A stretch of 64,000 nucleotides of DNA from Eledone cirrhosa (Eukaryota), in contig OZ024740.1 in assembly GCA_964016885.1 (NCBI GenBank), forward strand, positions 172,298,001 through 172,362,000. The letters are read 5' to 3'. A program made the position numbers and the translations under genes. This document shows, piece by piece, positions 14,262-26,469 of the stretch. The stretch's first letter is position 1. The number at the start of each line of letters is the position of its first letter. The notes under the pieces are model-generated. The model was not told the DNA's origin. It ran no database searches and saw only the letters and a list, made by a program, of their open reading frames with translations.

Positions 14262-15127
14262 ATCGTGACATTCCACGTATTGTTTATTGTACAAAATAAA
14301 AATATGAAGAGGAGTTGAAGGGAGATAATGAAAGTGTTTTGGGTAGGGGTTAGTATTACTTTCCCGGTGTGTATATGTATGTATTATTATTTTTTTTGTC
14401 TTTTAAAGTGGTGTGGATATTTTATTTGTTTGTTTTATATATTTAAAAATAGAAAATGAATATATAGAATTTTATTCACGTGTCTACACACACATTTACA
14501 TTAAAATCCAGAAAATAAATGCTACTAAAATATATAAAGCAAAAATAAAATTAACAAACAAAACCGGTAGCGAACTGGTAACAAACAAAAGGAGAAATAC
14601 TAGTGAACTATCAAGTCGATGAAAACAAACTTGACCCTTGTAGTCTATTCGTTGGAGAGAAAAAGCAAAACGGAAAACAAAAAGAAAAAAAACCCAGTAA
14701 ATTCATAGGACAAAGTCAAGGGAAAGCGATTATTAAATATGGTGGGTGGAGTGAATTGATGATGTGAATGTACTGTTTCAATGAAAACCTTACTTGTAAT
14801 GAAAAGCGTTCAAGAAACAATACATATATTTGTATATGACGAAATACATGAAAACTATATACATGACAGATTAGTTTTAACACTTTATAAAGCGATTTTC
14901 AACCTTTAATGATCCATGACACACTAAATAAAGTGAGGTTTTGATTATATTCATAATTATAATTATTATTTTTTTTCATTTGCACAGTGATAATTTTATT
15001 TACACTGCATCATTTAATTGACTCACTATTAAGTTATGTAACCCCAGATAGTCAGTACTTTCCACAGGATATTTACTGTTCACTAAATTGTTGTTTTTAG
15101 CAATGTCGTAATGCTGGGGCTGATACC

Positions 15128-15470
15128 ATGGAGAAGGAGGTGCTCCATTTCCAGAAATTTGTTGAAAAGTAAGTGAGAGAGACGAGCATAGCCCGAGTGA
15201 ATGAGCCTGCTCTGAGTATGCGCCTGCAGATTGGTATGGAAATCTGCGGGGGGGGGGGGGGGGCTTGGTTTGGGGGCAAGGATGGCCGTGGCTTTTGTGG
15301 GCTTTCTCCACGAGTAACTCTTGTTGGTCTCTCCCTATTAGGAAGGTTTCCTTTGCTTTCTTTTTTTGTTACATCTTTTGTTTCTATTTCCTCTTTTACA
15401 TGCAGAAACCCATATTTGTACCGTCCTTAATGTATTTTTTGTAAACCCTTTGTGGTTGACAAAGAAATCA
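15128..15470 (+). mobile_element. 3' end of a diverged Tx1-clade LINE
   Basis: Similar to the reverse complement of 22751-23140: TTTGTTGAAAAG..GAGTGAATG, CCCTATT, terminal TTGTGGTTGACAAAGAAATC. Confidence 0.7.
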
Positions 15471-15490
15471 TTATAATTATTATTTTCATG

Positions 15491-15967
15491 GAGTCTCAGT
15501 CATTGATGTTATTTAACTGGTAAGTTTGTTCAAATGAAGCCACTACCTGCAACCTCAGATATTCAGAACGTATCGGAGGGTTCTTGCTGTTCCCAGCAAG
15601 CATGCCTTTTGAAGTGTTCGAAAAAAAAGGGGTGGGGGCTGGACTAATGTTCTTTAACAATTCTTGAAAACCCTTCGAGATAATACCTAGTGCTCCTATG
15701 ACAATCGGGACGACCTTGTTCTCACGACAGTCCCACGTTCTTTTAAATTCCCACTTTAAATGCTGGTATCGGTTAATTTTCTCCTTCTCCTTTTCGTGCA
15801 CTCTTGTGTTAAAGGGGCAGGCTACATCTACAATCAGGCACGATCTTTTTTCCTTGTCAAAAACCACCAAGTTAGGCCTAGTGTGTTCTAATTTCTTGTC
15901 TGTTTGTATCCTGAAATCCCATAGCACCTTCACTCGTTCATTTTCTATCCCCAACTCTGGCTTTATT
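15491..15967 (-). mobile_element. 3' fragment of an R4/Dong-like LINE (RLE endonuclease)
   Basis: KVLWDFRIQTDKKLEHTRPNLVV..IVDVACPF..PIVIGALG; 3' UTR shared with 34474-34550. Confidence 0.88.
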
Positions 15968-16331
15968 CGTAACGTTTTTGTTCTGGCAGATGTTATACCG
16001 ACACTATACCAAAAGAGCGAGCCATAGCCAATGGCCAAAGGTCCTTTGGGTCATTCATTCTCCTTCAATACTTGGTAACTGCCGTAAAACTCACTAACAA
16101 ACTGTGTTCGCTCTATAACTGCTGACTTGTTATTTCATTGGGTGTATGAGCTATTGCTGGTGGTCACTAGATTAAATTCAGTGATTTCCGCAATCTAGCT
16201 CTCTCTCTCTCTATAGTGGTAATAACTTGGTGGAAATATTCAAGGTATAGAACAACTCAAGTCCATAGGGTGAGTCTTTATATAACTATTAAAGCCAGAA
16301 CTACAATGAAGTCATGCCAGGAATTTGTATG

Positions 16332-16390
<59 letters not shown>

Positions 16391-16395
<5 letters not shown>

Positions 16396-16979
16396 AACGA
16401 GTAGGACCCCGACGGCTGAGCTCAAGCCGTTTCGACGGCTAATTCTGGACTGAATGAACATTTTTATCCTGGTATTTGAATAGCCGAGCTTCTCATGGGG
16501 TAATTCCATATATGGTAAAAGTGATTGTAACAAGGATTGGTCAAAAGTTTGTTGTTGAGACATAATAATTCTATCATGGCAATTTGTGGAGGGAAGGGGT
16601 AGCTGAACCGGCCAGTAGAAGAAAGAGGGAGAGGGGGTGGAGGGTTTCCTCCACCCCCTCTCCCTCTTTCTTCTACTGGCCGGTTCAGCTACCCCTTCCC
16701 TCCACAAATTGCCATGATAGAATTATTATGTCTCAACAACAAACTTTTGACCAATCCTTGTTACAATCACTTTTACCATATATGGAATTACCCCATGAGA
16801 AGCTCGGCTATTCAAATACCAGGATAAAAATGTTCATTCAGTCCAGAATTTACCGTCGAAACAGCTTGAGCTCAGCCGTCGGGGTCCTACTCGTTCCTAT
16901 TACCCACTCTACTACCCTAAGTATTGAGTACTTTGGTGCGTTAAGTTCCACCTGGTTCCTTACCACATTTCCTTCGTTA
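16391..16979 (+). mobile_element. Fold-back HHR element: 253-bp near-perfect arms, 4-nt loop, 79-nt tail
   Basis: 16391-16643 versus 16648-16900, about 3 mismatches by eye; flanked by (TA)n. Confidence 0.92.
16790..16885 (+). ncRNA. Type I hammerhead with an apparent 3-nt core deletion (mirror copy at 16406-16501)
   Basis: ACCCC-[CTG missing]ATGA-stem II CGGCTA/TAGCCG-GAAA-CGGCT..AGCCG-TC-GGGGT, read from the better-preserved left arm. Confidence 0.65.
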
Positions 16980-17420
16980 TATATATATATATATTATGTC
17001 GGGTCACTCTTGAGTGCTACTGGTAACATGAAACCCAGTACAACCTGTCTGGCAGAGTCTTTCATTAGAAATATGATAACGAAAATGTTAAGAAGCACAC
17101 TCATTAGAATCATTATCCTTAATTTCGTATTTTCGTTTTCAGAAAACGTGTGTCGATAGCACGTCAACGGGAAAGTTGTCATAGTTGTTATTTTGTCATT
17201 TAGCCGTAAATCTTAACACAATGAATGGCGAGGAATAGCTTTCCCAGGAATTGAATGTTTTCACCACATTTCCCCAGTAGCTTATTTTAACAAACTTTTG
17301 AATGCGTGCGTACATACATATACATAATGGCCTTTGTATATATGCTTATAAATAGTTTGTTGTTTGGAACTGAAATAAATTGTTTCTGACACCAGTCCTG
17401 TTACTTTTCAGACTGAACTC

Positions 17421-17451
<31 letters not shown>

Positions 17452-17455
17452 CACA

Positions 17456-18275
17456 CGAGGTCTGTCTGAAAAGTAACAGGACTGGTGTCAGAAACAATTT
17501 AATTCCAAACAACAAACTACGTGGTTTCCCCTTCAAAGTAATCCCCTTCGAGTCTAAGGCACTGTTCCATCTTTCTCTGCCATGCTTTTATTCACTTCTG
17601 GTAGAATTCTTCTGGGATGCCCCTCAGCTCGTTCGTTATGGCCCTCTTGATGGCCTCCATGCCTTCACAACCCCTTGAGCTTGGGGAAAAGAAAAATGTC
17701 ACACAGAGCAAGATCGGATGAAAAGAAGGTTATTCCAGTACGGCGATGTTCTCGGCCAGGAACTGCCGGATGCTCAGGGCGTTGTGTGCCGACGATCTTC
17801 CGCATGCCCAAATCTTTGGTGATAATCTGCGAAAAGCTGTAGCGATTCATGTTCAGCTCACTTGCGATCAGTCAAACAGTCAGCCGACGATCGCCAAGCG
17901 TCATCTGTCTTCCGCTCCTGGGGTCGCCTACCACGTCCTCGAGTCCCTTTAAACCTTTTGTGCTACTTGAGAAAACCGTGAGCGTGACATCGTCTCATCC
18001 CCTTACACTTGCTGCAGTATACCGAGAGCTTCTGACGGAGTTTTTCCCAGTCGGACCCAAAACTTCAGATTGGTTTGTTGCTCTGTGCCCAACGCTCAAC
18101 GGCCTAAAATTGAGTAGCTGTTAACAAAAGCATGCCAAAAAACACAAAATCGCTACAGAGAGCTGAGATCGAAGTCATATACTCCCCAGATATTACGTCA
18201 CACGGCACACGGCGAAGCAACCCATTCATCGCTCTCACAGCACACCAAGTCCTGTTACTTTTTAGACACACCTCG
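17456..18275 (-). mobile_element. Internally deleted mariner element; an extra inverted end fragment lies at 17352-17413
   Basis: TIRs CGAGGTCTGTCTGAAAAGTAACAGGACT / AGTCCTGTTACTTTTTAGACACACCTCG followed by TA; remnant SSDLALCDIFLFPKLK resembles the mariner YSPDLAP motif. Confidence 0.85.
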
Positions 18276-18283
18276 TATATATA

Positions 18284-18640
18284 CAGTGTACCCCCGGCAT
18301 TCGTGGTCCCGGTTGTTCGCGCAATTTTCTTTAGAACCTAACTAATAATTGCTCGTGGAAACCACCGCATATTCGTGGAATCATAAATATCTTCCGTGAT
18401 TTTTTAATGGCTTTTTTCGTGGCAATAAATATTTTTTAACGCTAAATTATTAATAACAATATACCGTATTTGCCGGCCTATTAGATGCCCCTTCGTATAA
18501 GACACTCCCTCTTTTTTTAAATTATATTTTACGTTATATTTTGATGTTTATGGGCATCTTTATGGACCACGTCCAATATTCGCGGTTTTCCACTCTTCGC
18601 GGCTGCTCTAGGAACGTAACGCCCGCGAATACCGGGAGAC

Positions 18641-18644
<4 letters not shown>
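18284..18644. mobile_element. pogo/Tigger-type MITE
   Basis: Imperfect TIRs CAGTGTACCCCCGGCATTCGTGG / CCCGCGAATACCGGGAGACAACT, flanked by TA. Confidence 0.6.
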
Positions 18645-18706
<62 letters not shown>

Positions 18707-18827
18707 TTATGGTAAATATTGATGCAATTCAATTCAAGCACTCTTTTTCCACATAGGAATGACGGAGTATATTTAGAATAAGGAAATACGAAGTAGTTTC
18801 AGATGTTAAAGTCCTTTATTGATAAGT

Positions 18828-18900
18828 CTGTGGCACATATTTCAATTACGACAGTGGCCACGCGATTCCGCGTACCAAGTGCCATGATCTCATCAGACAG
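18828..18900 (-). ncRNA. Hammerhead motif with a degenerate cleavage site
   Basis: Minus strand: CTGT-CTGATGA-stem II (TGGC..CGCG GAAT CGCG..GCCA)-GAAA-ATATGT GCC-ACAG. Confidence 0.55.
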
Positions 18901-19027
18901 CTCTATTACATAATAAGGTTACGTTCTCGAGGCAATCCAAACTAAAGCGAATGGACAAGGAAGATGTTTTGAAGCCTTCGCCCGATACACACACACACAT
19001 ACACATACACACACACACACACGACCA

Positions 19028-19083
<56 letters not shown>

Positions 19084-19113
19084 TACACATATATATGTCT
19101 ATTATATATATAA

Positions 19114-19164
<51 letters not shown>

Positions 19165-19579
19165 TGAAACCTCTCTCACTTCCCCCAAGCGTGAACTTAA
19201 TACAACACTGTGTAATTTTGTCTCCTGTATTTAGTTTTGTTTCATTTATTAACTATATATATTACACGTGTTTTATGGTTAAACAAGTTAAACGTGATTT
19301 GGTGATTATTCCTCTGTTTTGTTGTTTTATTTCTCTCTATTCCCTCTCTCTGTCAGTCTTTCTCAATGGAACACTTCTCGTTTTATGATAGCTATGACCT
19401 AATCTAATGCTTGCTGCTGATGTTACTGTTACAGTTGCTATTCTAGCTATTGTTGTAGTTGCTGCTGCTGCCCTGACAACTTTTTATGTATTTTTTTTTG
19501 TTCTCGTCTCGAATTTCTTGTATTTTATCTCATTTCTCTTTAATAACTGAAACAGGATAGAGACATCTTTTACTTTGTT

Positions 19580-20700
19580 ATTATGAAAACTCATTGCAGG
19601 GTATGAATTCGTGGAATCAGTAGAGCGTCGGCTAAAATATTTTGTGGCATTTAGTTATGACTCTTTACGTTCTGAGTTCGAATCCCGCCGGGGTTAGCTT
19701 TGCCTTTCATCCTAACGGGGTCGATAAATTAATGTACCACTAACGCATTGGGACACAAATTAATCGACTTTCCCCTACCCCAAAATGTTGGCCTTCTGCC
19801 TAAATCAGAAACTATTATGAAAACATATGCAAGGGTATAAATTGGTGGAATTAGTAGAGCGTTGGATAAAATATTTTGCAGCATTTAGTTATAGCTCTCT
19901 ACGTCCTGTGCATAATATCCAGCCGAGGTGTAATTTACCTTACCAGAATCGATAAAATAATCGACTTCTCCCATTCCTAAAATTACTGGCCTTGCACCAA
20001 TGTCAGAAAGAAATTTTTAGAAAATATGCAAAGGCATATGTTAACAGAATCGTTAGAGAATCGGAAAAAAGGGTTTGTGTTATAGCTCTGTACGTTCTAA
20101 ATTCAAATTTATTTGTGTCAACTTTTGTCTTTTATTCTAAAAAACAGTCAAGTACTGTGGTTGATTTAATCAATATTCACCCCTTTTCACCCGCCCACCA
20201 TGTTGTTGGTCTTGTGCTTAACTTAGAATACATTATTAAAATACACAAAAGGCGGTGGATTGGCAGTATCGGTAGAGGGTCGGACGCCATGCGTTCCAGC
20301 ATAATTACGTCCCTTTACGATCTGAGTTCAAATCCCGCCGAGGTTGACTTTGCCTTTCCTCCTTACGGGGTCGATAAAATAAAGTACCAGTAATGTACTG
20401 GGTAATTGCTGGCCTTGTGCCTAAAGTAGAAACAATTATTAAAATACACAAAAGGAGGTGGATTGGCGAAATAGTTAGAGTGTCGCCTAAATTGTTCTAC
20501 GGTATTTAATACGACTCATTGCGTCGTAAGTTCAGTTTTCATCGAGGTCAAGTTTTCTTTTTTAACGTTCCGTGGTCAATATAGTACCAGACCTGACAAG
20601 AAGTGTAGTCGACCTAATGGACTAATCTTTTCTCAAAGTTCTTGTTTTGTACCTGCTCAAATTTATTATTAGAACTCATGCAAGACAATTGATTGGCTTA
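19580..20700 (+). mobile_element. Head-to-tail array of five SINEs plus the start of a sixth
   Basis: SINE heads at about 19598, 19832, 20032, 20251, 20453 and 20683, each preceded by a related spacer. Confidence 0.8.
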
Positions 20701-21431
20701 AAAAAAAGAGCTGTTAAGCAATGGGCTGAATGCCGCTGACTGTTTGCTTGTTGTTTAGTCACATGTTTGCCCTGATCAAGCTAACAGCAAAGCCCTTACT
20801 ACTTACTGTACTGTGGTTACACCCGATTGAACCTAGGATAAATATATATATGTATGAAACATTACTTCGCTACATACATAGAAGCCCCTTTATACAAACA
20901 ATTAAAGAAAATTGATAAAAGATATGCTCTTTATGCTGATAAAGCTGATAAAAATCAACTGAACAAGCACTGTAAATTTTGTAACATTTGTCTATCTATT
21001 TACTTAAAGATTATTTCTTAAGTATGTACCGTAACGGTATACTACTTAATGACCACATTCAAAAAGAAAACTATAAATAGAATATTTCCTGAATTTTCGA
21101 AAAGCTTTGAACCGATATACTTTAATATTTATTACTATCTAGGGCGGTAGATTGACAGAATTAGTAGAGCGTCTGATAAAATACCATTGCGATAATTGTT
21201 CTGGTTCTTTATTACATTTTCATTTCAAATCCCACTGAAGTCAACTTTGCCTTTCAGCCTTCCCTTAAATTTGGTGGCTTTGTGCCTAAATTCATATTCA
21301 TTTCTATGTGAATGACCGTTTCTCATCCCGCTCGCTCATAGTTATGTAACAATCGTTTCTTCCATCCCTATCGCCTCACTTTAGCTTCTGTTTTACTTCC
21401 CTCATTAATAATTCTCTATCATCTATCCTGT

Positions 21432-21495
<64 letters not shown>

Positions 21496-22367
21496 ACCCC
21501 CTCTCTCTCACCACTCTCTCTCTCTCACACACTCTCTCTAAGTATATCTCCCCCTTGTACATGCTTACAACTTTACTAAACGGTGCTGTTTTACTGTTTT
21601 CAACAACGATCTCTCCGTCTATTACTATATATTTCCCTTTCATTTTTCATCTCGTCCTCCACTCACAAACACACTTGTTTTTCTTACTCTGCACGTACAT
21701 ATGTGTATGGTATGTAAATATGTATATTTGGTTGGAAAGGATGCATACATTCTCGCTGGTATATACACTCACACATACACATCGATGCCAGTATTAATTT
21801 CAATCTATTATTTAATTTATTGATTTCTATTTCCTGAAGTTCAGAGTTACGGGAGAAAAGCAAAAACACAGACATGGAGTCCCCCCTCCCCCTCCCTCTC
21901 ACACATACACTAATACCTCGAATATTATCGTTGTATTTCAAATAGTGTATTTATGCAAAGCTGCAATTATTATTTTCCAAGAAATTGTCCACCGAATGAG
22001 TCACCTATTCCCCGAGCAATGTCTGGTACAACTACTAGTATATATATTATTTTCACTAGGACCTAATTTGTATTTCATATTACCGGGTAACACTCCTCGT
22101 TTCGCATGGCAAAGTTTCTTGTCGTTAATAATGATAATGAATAAAGATGAAATTGATATTCATGATTATGATGATGATGATGATTATGATGATGATTATG
22201 ATGAAAGATGAAAGATGATTGATGATAATTTGAAAATAAATAAATAAATAGAATTCAAAAACTAAATGTATAAAGTATATTGATTGATTGAAACTAGAAA
22301 TCTTATTGGTTAAAAAGTAAAATAGGTTAATGTCAGGGTCATGCCTAACCTGTGATGCAGTTGCTGC

Positions 22368-22403
22368 TCTTACTACTACTACTACTACTACTACAATATA
22401 CTT

Positions 22404-22438
<35 letters not shown>

Positions 22439-22488
22439 ACTGCTACAACTGCTACTACTACCACTACTACTACTACCACTACTACTAT

Positions 22489-22525
<37 letters not shown>

Positions 22526-22526
22526 G
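22368..22526. repeat. (TAC)n/(TGC)n trinucleotide repeat
   Basis: Seen directly in the sequence. Confidence 0.95.
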
Positions 22527-22716
22527 ATTATTGTTTCTACATTTGGCACAACACCATCAATTCAATGGGAAGGAGAATGTCATTGTTGGTACTTTATTTT
22601 ATCGACCACGTAAGGATAAAAGGCAAAGCCAACCTCGGCGGGATTTGAAAGGGCCGTAACAAAGTATCGCAAAGCATGTTGTTCCAGCCTCTACTGATAC
22701 TGGCAATCCACCGCCC
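22527..22716 (-). mobile_element. tRNA-derived SINE, diverged
   Basis: Core and head recognisable. Confidence 0.8.
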
Positions 22717-22752
<36 letters not shown>

Positions 22753-23038
22753 TTTCTTTATTGGCCACAAGGGCTGACACCAAGAAAAACATCACAGGCG
22801 GAACAGGACGTACGATGTGGGTTTTGTGCGTGTAAATATTTTTATTATTTATATAAGAAAAGAAAAAAGACATAAAACATATATATATATAAACAATAAA
22901 ATGAAAATTGAAACAATGAAAAATTCCCCAATAGGGGGGAAACCTCACAGGGTTACTCGTGGCGAAAACCACACAAAAGACCACGGCCACCCTGACTACC
23001 AGGGCAAGCGCCCTCTCTCAATTTTTCCATCTCTCAAA

Positions 23039-26000
23039 CTACAGACGTATATTCAGAGTGGTCCCGTTCACTCGGACCATTCTCGCTGCATTCACCCACC
23101 TTTCAACAAACTTGCTAGAAAGCAGCACTTGCCTCTCCACCCTGATTTTTCCTCTTCAAGTGAAACTTGAAAAAGTTAATCAGGGATTCGCCCAAGAGGA
23201 AAGTGTTTGTCTTTAATCCTTTTAACCTTGTCCACCACACAATCTCTTTCGCCATGGCCACCAGACAGATGAAAACCGCCTGCCCTTCCTCCTCAATGGA
23301 AGACGGCGAGACAAACTGCACAATGGACTCAGTCGACAACCGGATCAGTCCCACACGTGACAGCAACTGTTCGACATAACTCCACAAGTCAGCAATGCTC
23401 GGGCACTGAACGAGTGCGTGCACAACGGTTTCGTCCCTATGCGCGCATCTCGGACAGGCTCGGATGACGGCACTTCCGTGCCTGTAGAGCTTATCTCGAA
23501 CCGGCAGCGCTTCCCGGTAGCACTGCCAGGCCAGGGATTTTTGGAAGTTATCCATAGGCCCCGGGCTGAAAGTTCTCCGGAAGAGAGCAAGCAGCTGATC
23601 TTCTTCGACGCCCAGGATCTCTCCGAGAACGTCGTCGGCGCTCTTCCCCTCCACTAGTCCTCTATAGAACGCCGAGGTGGATGTTCCACCGATACTGGTG
23701 CCCAACTGGGAGAGGGCAGTGAGCGCCTGGAGACATTCCAGTTTCCAAGCGCTATCCCTCGGTCTTTTTCTGACCCAGGACTGCAGCTGGGAAAATGTGC
23801 CTGGCGAACGGCGACCACACCCGTTCACCATCAAGGAAGCACCAGAGATGTCGCAGCCTCAGCGCATGTTTGCGCATCATCAGCCATGGCATGCCCAGTC
23901 CTCCACGCGACGGGTGTTGACAGCAGATGGATCGTCTGACCATGGGAGCGCGTCCCTTCCACAAAAAGCGGAAGAGGATGCGCTCCATTTTGGTGAGAGT
24001 TGGGCTGGAGCAAGGGACGACGTTGAGGCGGTAGCAGATGACGGATGCGATGTACGCGTTCACCACTTCCGCCCGGCCTTTCAGGGACAGCTTCCTCTCA
24101 GCCCATTTCTGGGTGAGGGAGGCCACCCTGCTCGTCACCTCGTTCCAGTTTTTCTCCATCTGGAGGTCCGGTCCGAACCAGACCCCGAGCAATTTAACCG
24201 GTTCGTCTGTCCAACGCCCCACGACACTGTCGCATGGACTTGCCTCTTCAGGTGCCGAGCTGCAAGCCCACCGACTTTTCCTGGTTTATCTTTGCTCCTG
24301 TCACCGTTTCGTATTCCTTGAGAGCGGTGCCGAGCATCTGGAAGTGTCTGGTGCTCGACACCACCACGGTGACGTCGTCAGCGTAAGCCGACTCGGATTT
24401 CCCGCATCCTAGTTCGCGTAGGACGCCCCTCATCGCCCCCAGTTTGTGCAGTAACGGCTCGAGAGCCAATACGTACAAGAGGGACGAGAGGGGACAACCC
24501 TGGCGGACTGAGCGCATGATGCTGAACGGCTGCGACAGGTGACCGTTCACCCTCACAACTGAGCAGATGTCGCTGTACATTGCTGCGATCCAACGCCTGA
24601 AAACGGGCCCGAAACCGGCTGCCTCGAGGACCGCCGCCAGGTAGCGATGGTCGACCCTATCGAATGCTTTGGATTGATCCAAGTTGATCAGGGCTCCACC
24701 CTTGCCAGGTTCCTTAACCACCCTCTCTATGATGTATCGCACGAGGTGGAGGTTGTCGTGTATGGATCTGTCCGGGATGGCGTATGTCCGCGCCTCTCCC
24801 ACCAGACCCTTGACGACAAGCGCCAACCTCGTTGCTAACACCTTGGCCAAAATCTTGAACTCTGCGTTCAGCAGAGTTATGGGCCTGAAATTATCAATAA
24901 CATCTCCCTTGTTCGGGTCTTTTCTCATCAGCGCCACTGCTCCCCGGATCACAAAACTGGGAATGCTCCTGTTCTGCTGCCAGTTGCAGTAGACGTCTGC
25001 CAAGAGGTCACCGAACAAGTCTTGCATAAATGCATAAAGCTCGTAGGGCAGACCATCTAAACCTGGCGATTTACCTCTTGTGCAGTTAGCCATCGCTTCC
25101 CGTATTTCACCGGCTGTTATTGGCTTTTCGCAACACTGTGCTGCGGTTGTCGAGAGCCGAGGCAGTCCGTCGAGGTATGCACTGAAGTCCATGTTCCGAT
25201 CCGGGCCGCCGCCGCTCCCGAACAGTTCAGCAAAGTGCTGCTGAAAAGCTTCACACATCCGCTCGGGTTCGAGCATCACGCACCCGTTTTGGTCAGACAA
25301 AGACCGAATTGTGGCTTTATTGCCACGTCGCGCCTCTGCCACCCGGGCTCATTGGACGGCTTTTGTCCGCTCGAGTTTCAGAGCACGCGCTCTAGCTCTG
25401 ACAACGCAGCCTTCGTGTTTTGCGTTGAAGAATTGGTCGAGTGCCAATCTCGCGGCAAGCACGTCGGTTGCGATGCCTGTCCTAAACGCCTCTTCTAGCT
25501 TTCTGACTAGCTCTCCCTCTACTCTATTTTCCTCTATCACTACTCCTTTGCTAAACCTAGTTGACTCTACTTTAATTGCCCTTTTCAGGGCGAACCACCA
25601 CCTGTTGTTGACGACCGCTCCCGTCAACGCCCGCTTAACTAATACGCTAATCCGGTCTCTGTAGGCCTTGCGCGCCGGGAAAGACGCGTTCAGCTTCCAG
25701 TAACCAGGCCCTTGTCTATGATGTCTGTCTATGTCGATCTCACAGATCACAAATTTGTGGTCTGTGTAGTCGACTATTTTAAATTGTGGACAACTTATAC
25801 TAGTCTTATCTAGTTCCCTGCAGAATACCCTATCTAGATACGATCTGGATGACCCGACGCGGTTTGTCCATGTCCACATTGGCACATTCGGGTGATCCAG
25901 TCGATACCTATCAGACAGTTCAAAACGTCTGAGCAGGTTGGTGAGGCTCTTGCACCCTCCTCCCCTATCCACTAGCCCCACACGATCCCAGCGTGCATCC

Positions 26001-26437
26001 AAGATACCGTTCCAGTCGCCCACTAACACTAAAGAGCGGGACGTTCCAAGAAAGGTCTCTAGACGTCTGAAGAAATCTGGCCGTCCTGCCCCTGTTGGGG
26101 CGTAGACGGCTACTAGCCTGAAAGCATTGCCTTCGCTGCCGGTCACGTCCAGCACCACCGACTTACATTCTGGGTCTAGGAAGATAGCCCGTATCGCGAG
26201 ATCCAAGCCTCTCCGAAAAAGGACGGCAACCCCTCCCCCCGATCCTGGACGGCTGGGAGATGCGTATACATCGTAGCCGCCGAAGATCGGTGCGAAGGCC
26301 CGTGCCTCGGAGATTCTGGTTTCACTGATGGCCACCACATCTATGTTTAGTGACCTGAGGTCATTGAGCAAGTGACCCAGCTTCCAAGATGACCCCAGGC
26401 CACGTGCATTTATACTGCCTATTCTGAGTACAGCCAT
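23039..26437 (-). pseudogene. Tx1 ORF2 (AP endonuclease, reverse transcriptase, Cys-His motif), disrupted
   Basis: GSINARGL, ISET, GDWN, SYLDRV, TDH; KSPGLDG, FRPITLLN, DQSKAFDRV, RQGCPLS, YADD; CPRC..DETVVHALVQC. In-frame TGA at 25349 and 24248 plus frameshifts. Confidence 0.93.
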
Positions 26438-26469
26438 GTTGGATGAGAAACGGGGCAAATGAGAAAGGG

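Noticed and set aside
15968-16080. Possible host exon (CAG...GTAACT)
   Set aside because: Weak splice signals and no recognisable peptide.
17044-17171. Possible hammerhead (CCTGT-CTGGCAGA...GAAAA-CGTG..CACG-TC)
   Set aside because: It needs several core changes; too degenerate to call. The same applies to motifs near 3535-3575 and 9635-9730.
19580-20700. Repeat-spacer pattern resembling a CRISPR array or tRNA cluster
   Set aside because: The units are ~200-bp SINEs in a eukaryotic context, with no cas genes and no intact cloverleaf.
24248-25351. Two TGA stops at probable Trp positions in Tx1 ORF2, suggesting an alternative code or readthrough
   Set aside because: The sister copy has TGG at the 24248-equivalent site, other Trp codons are TGG, and frameshifts co-occur, so this is ordinary decay.
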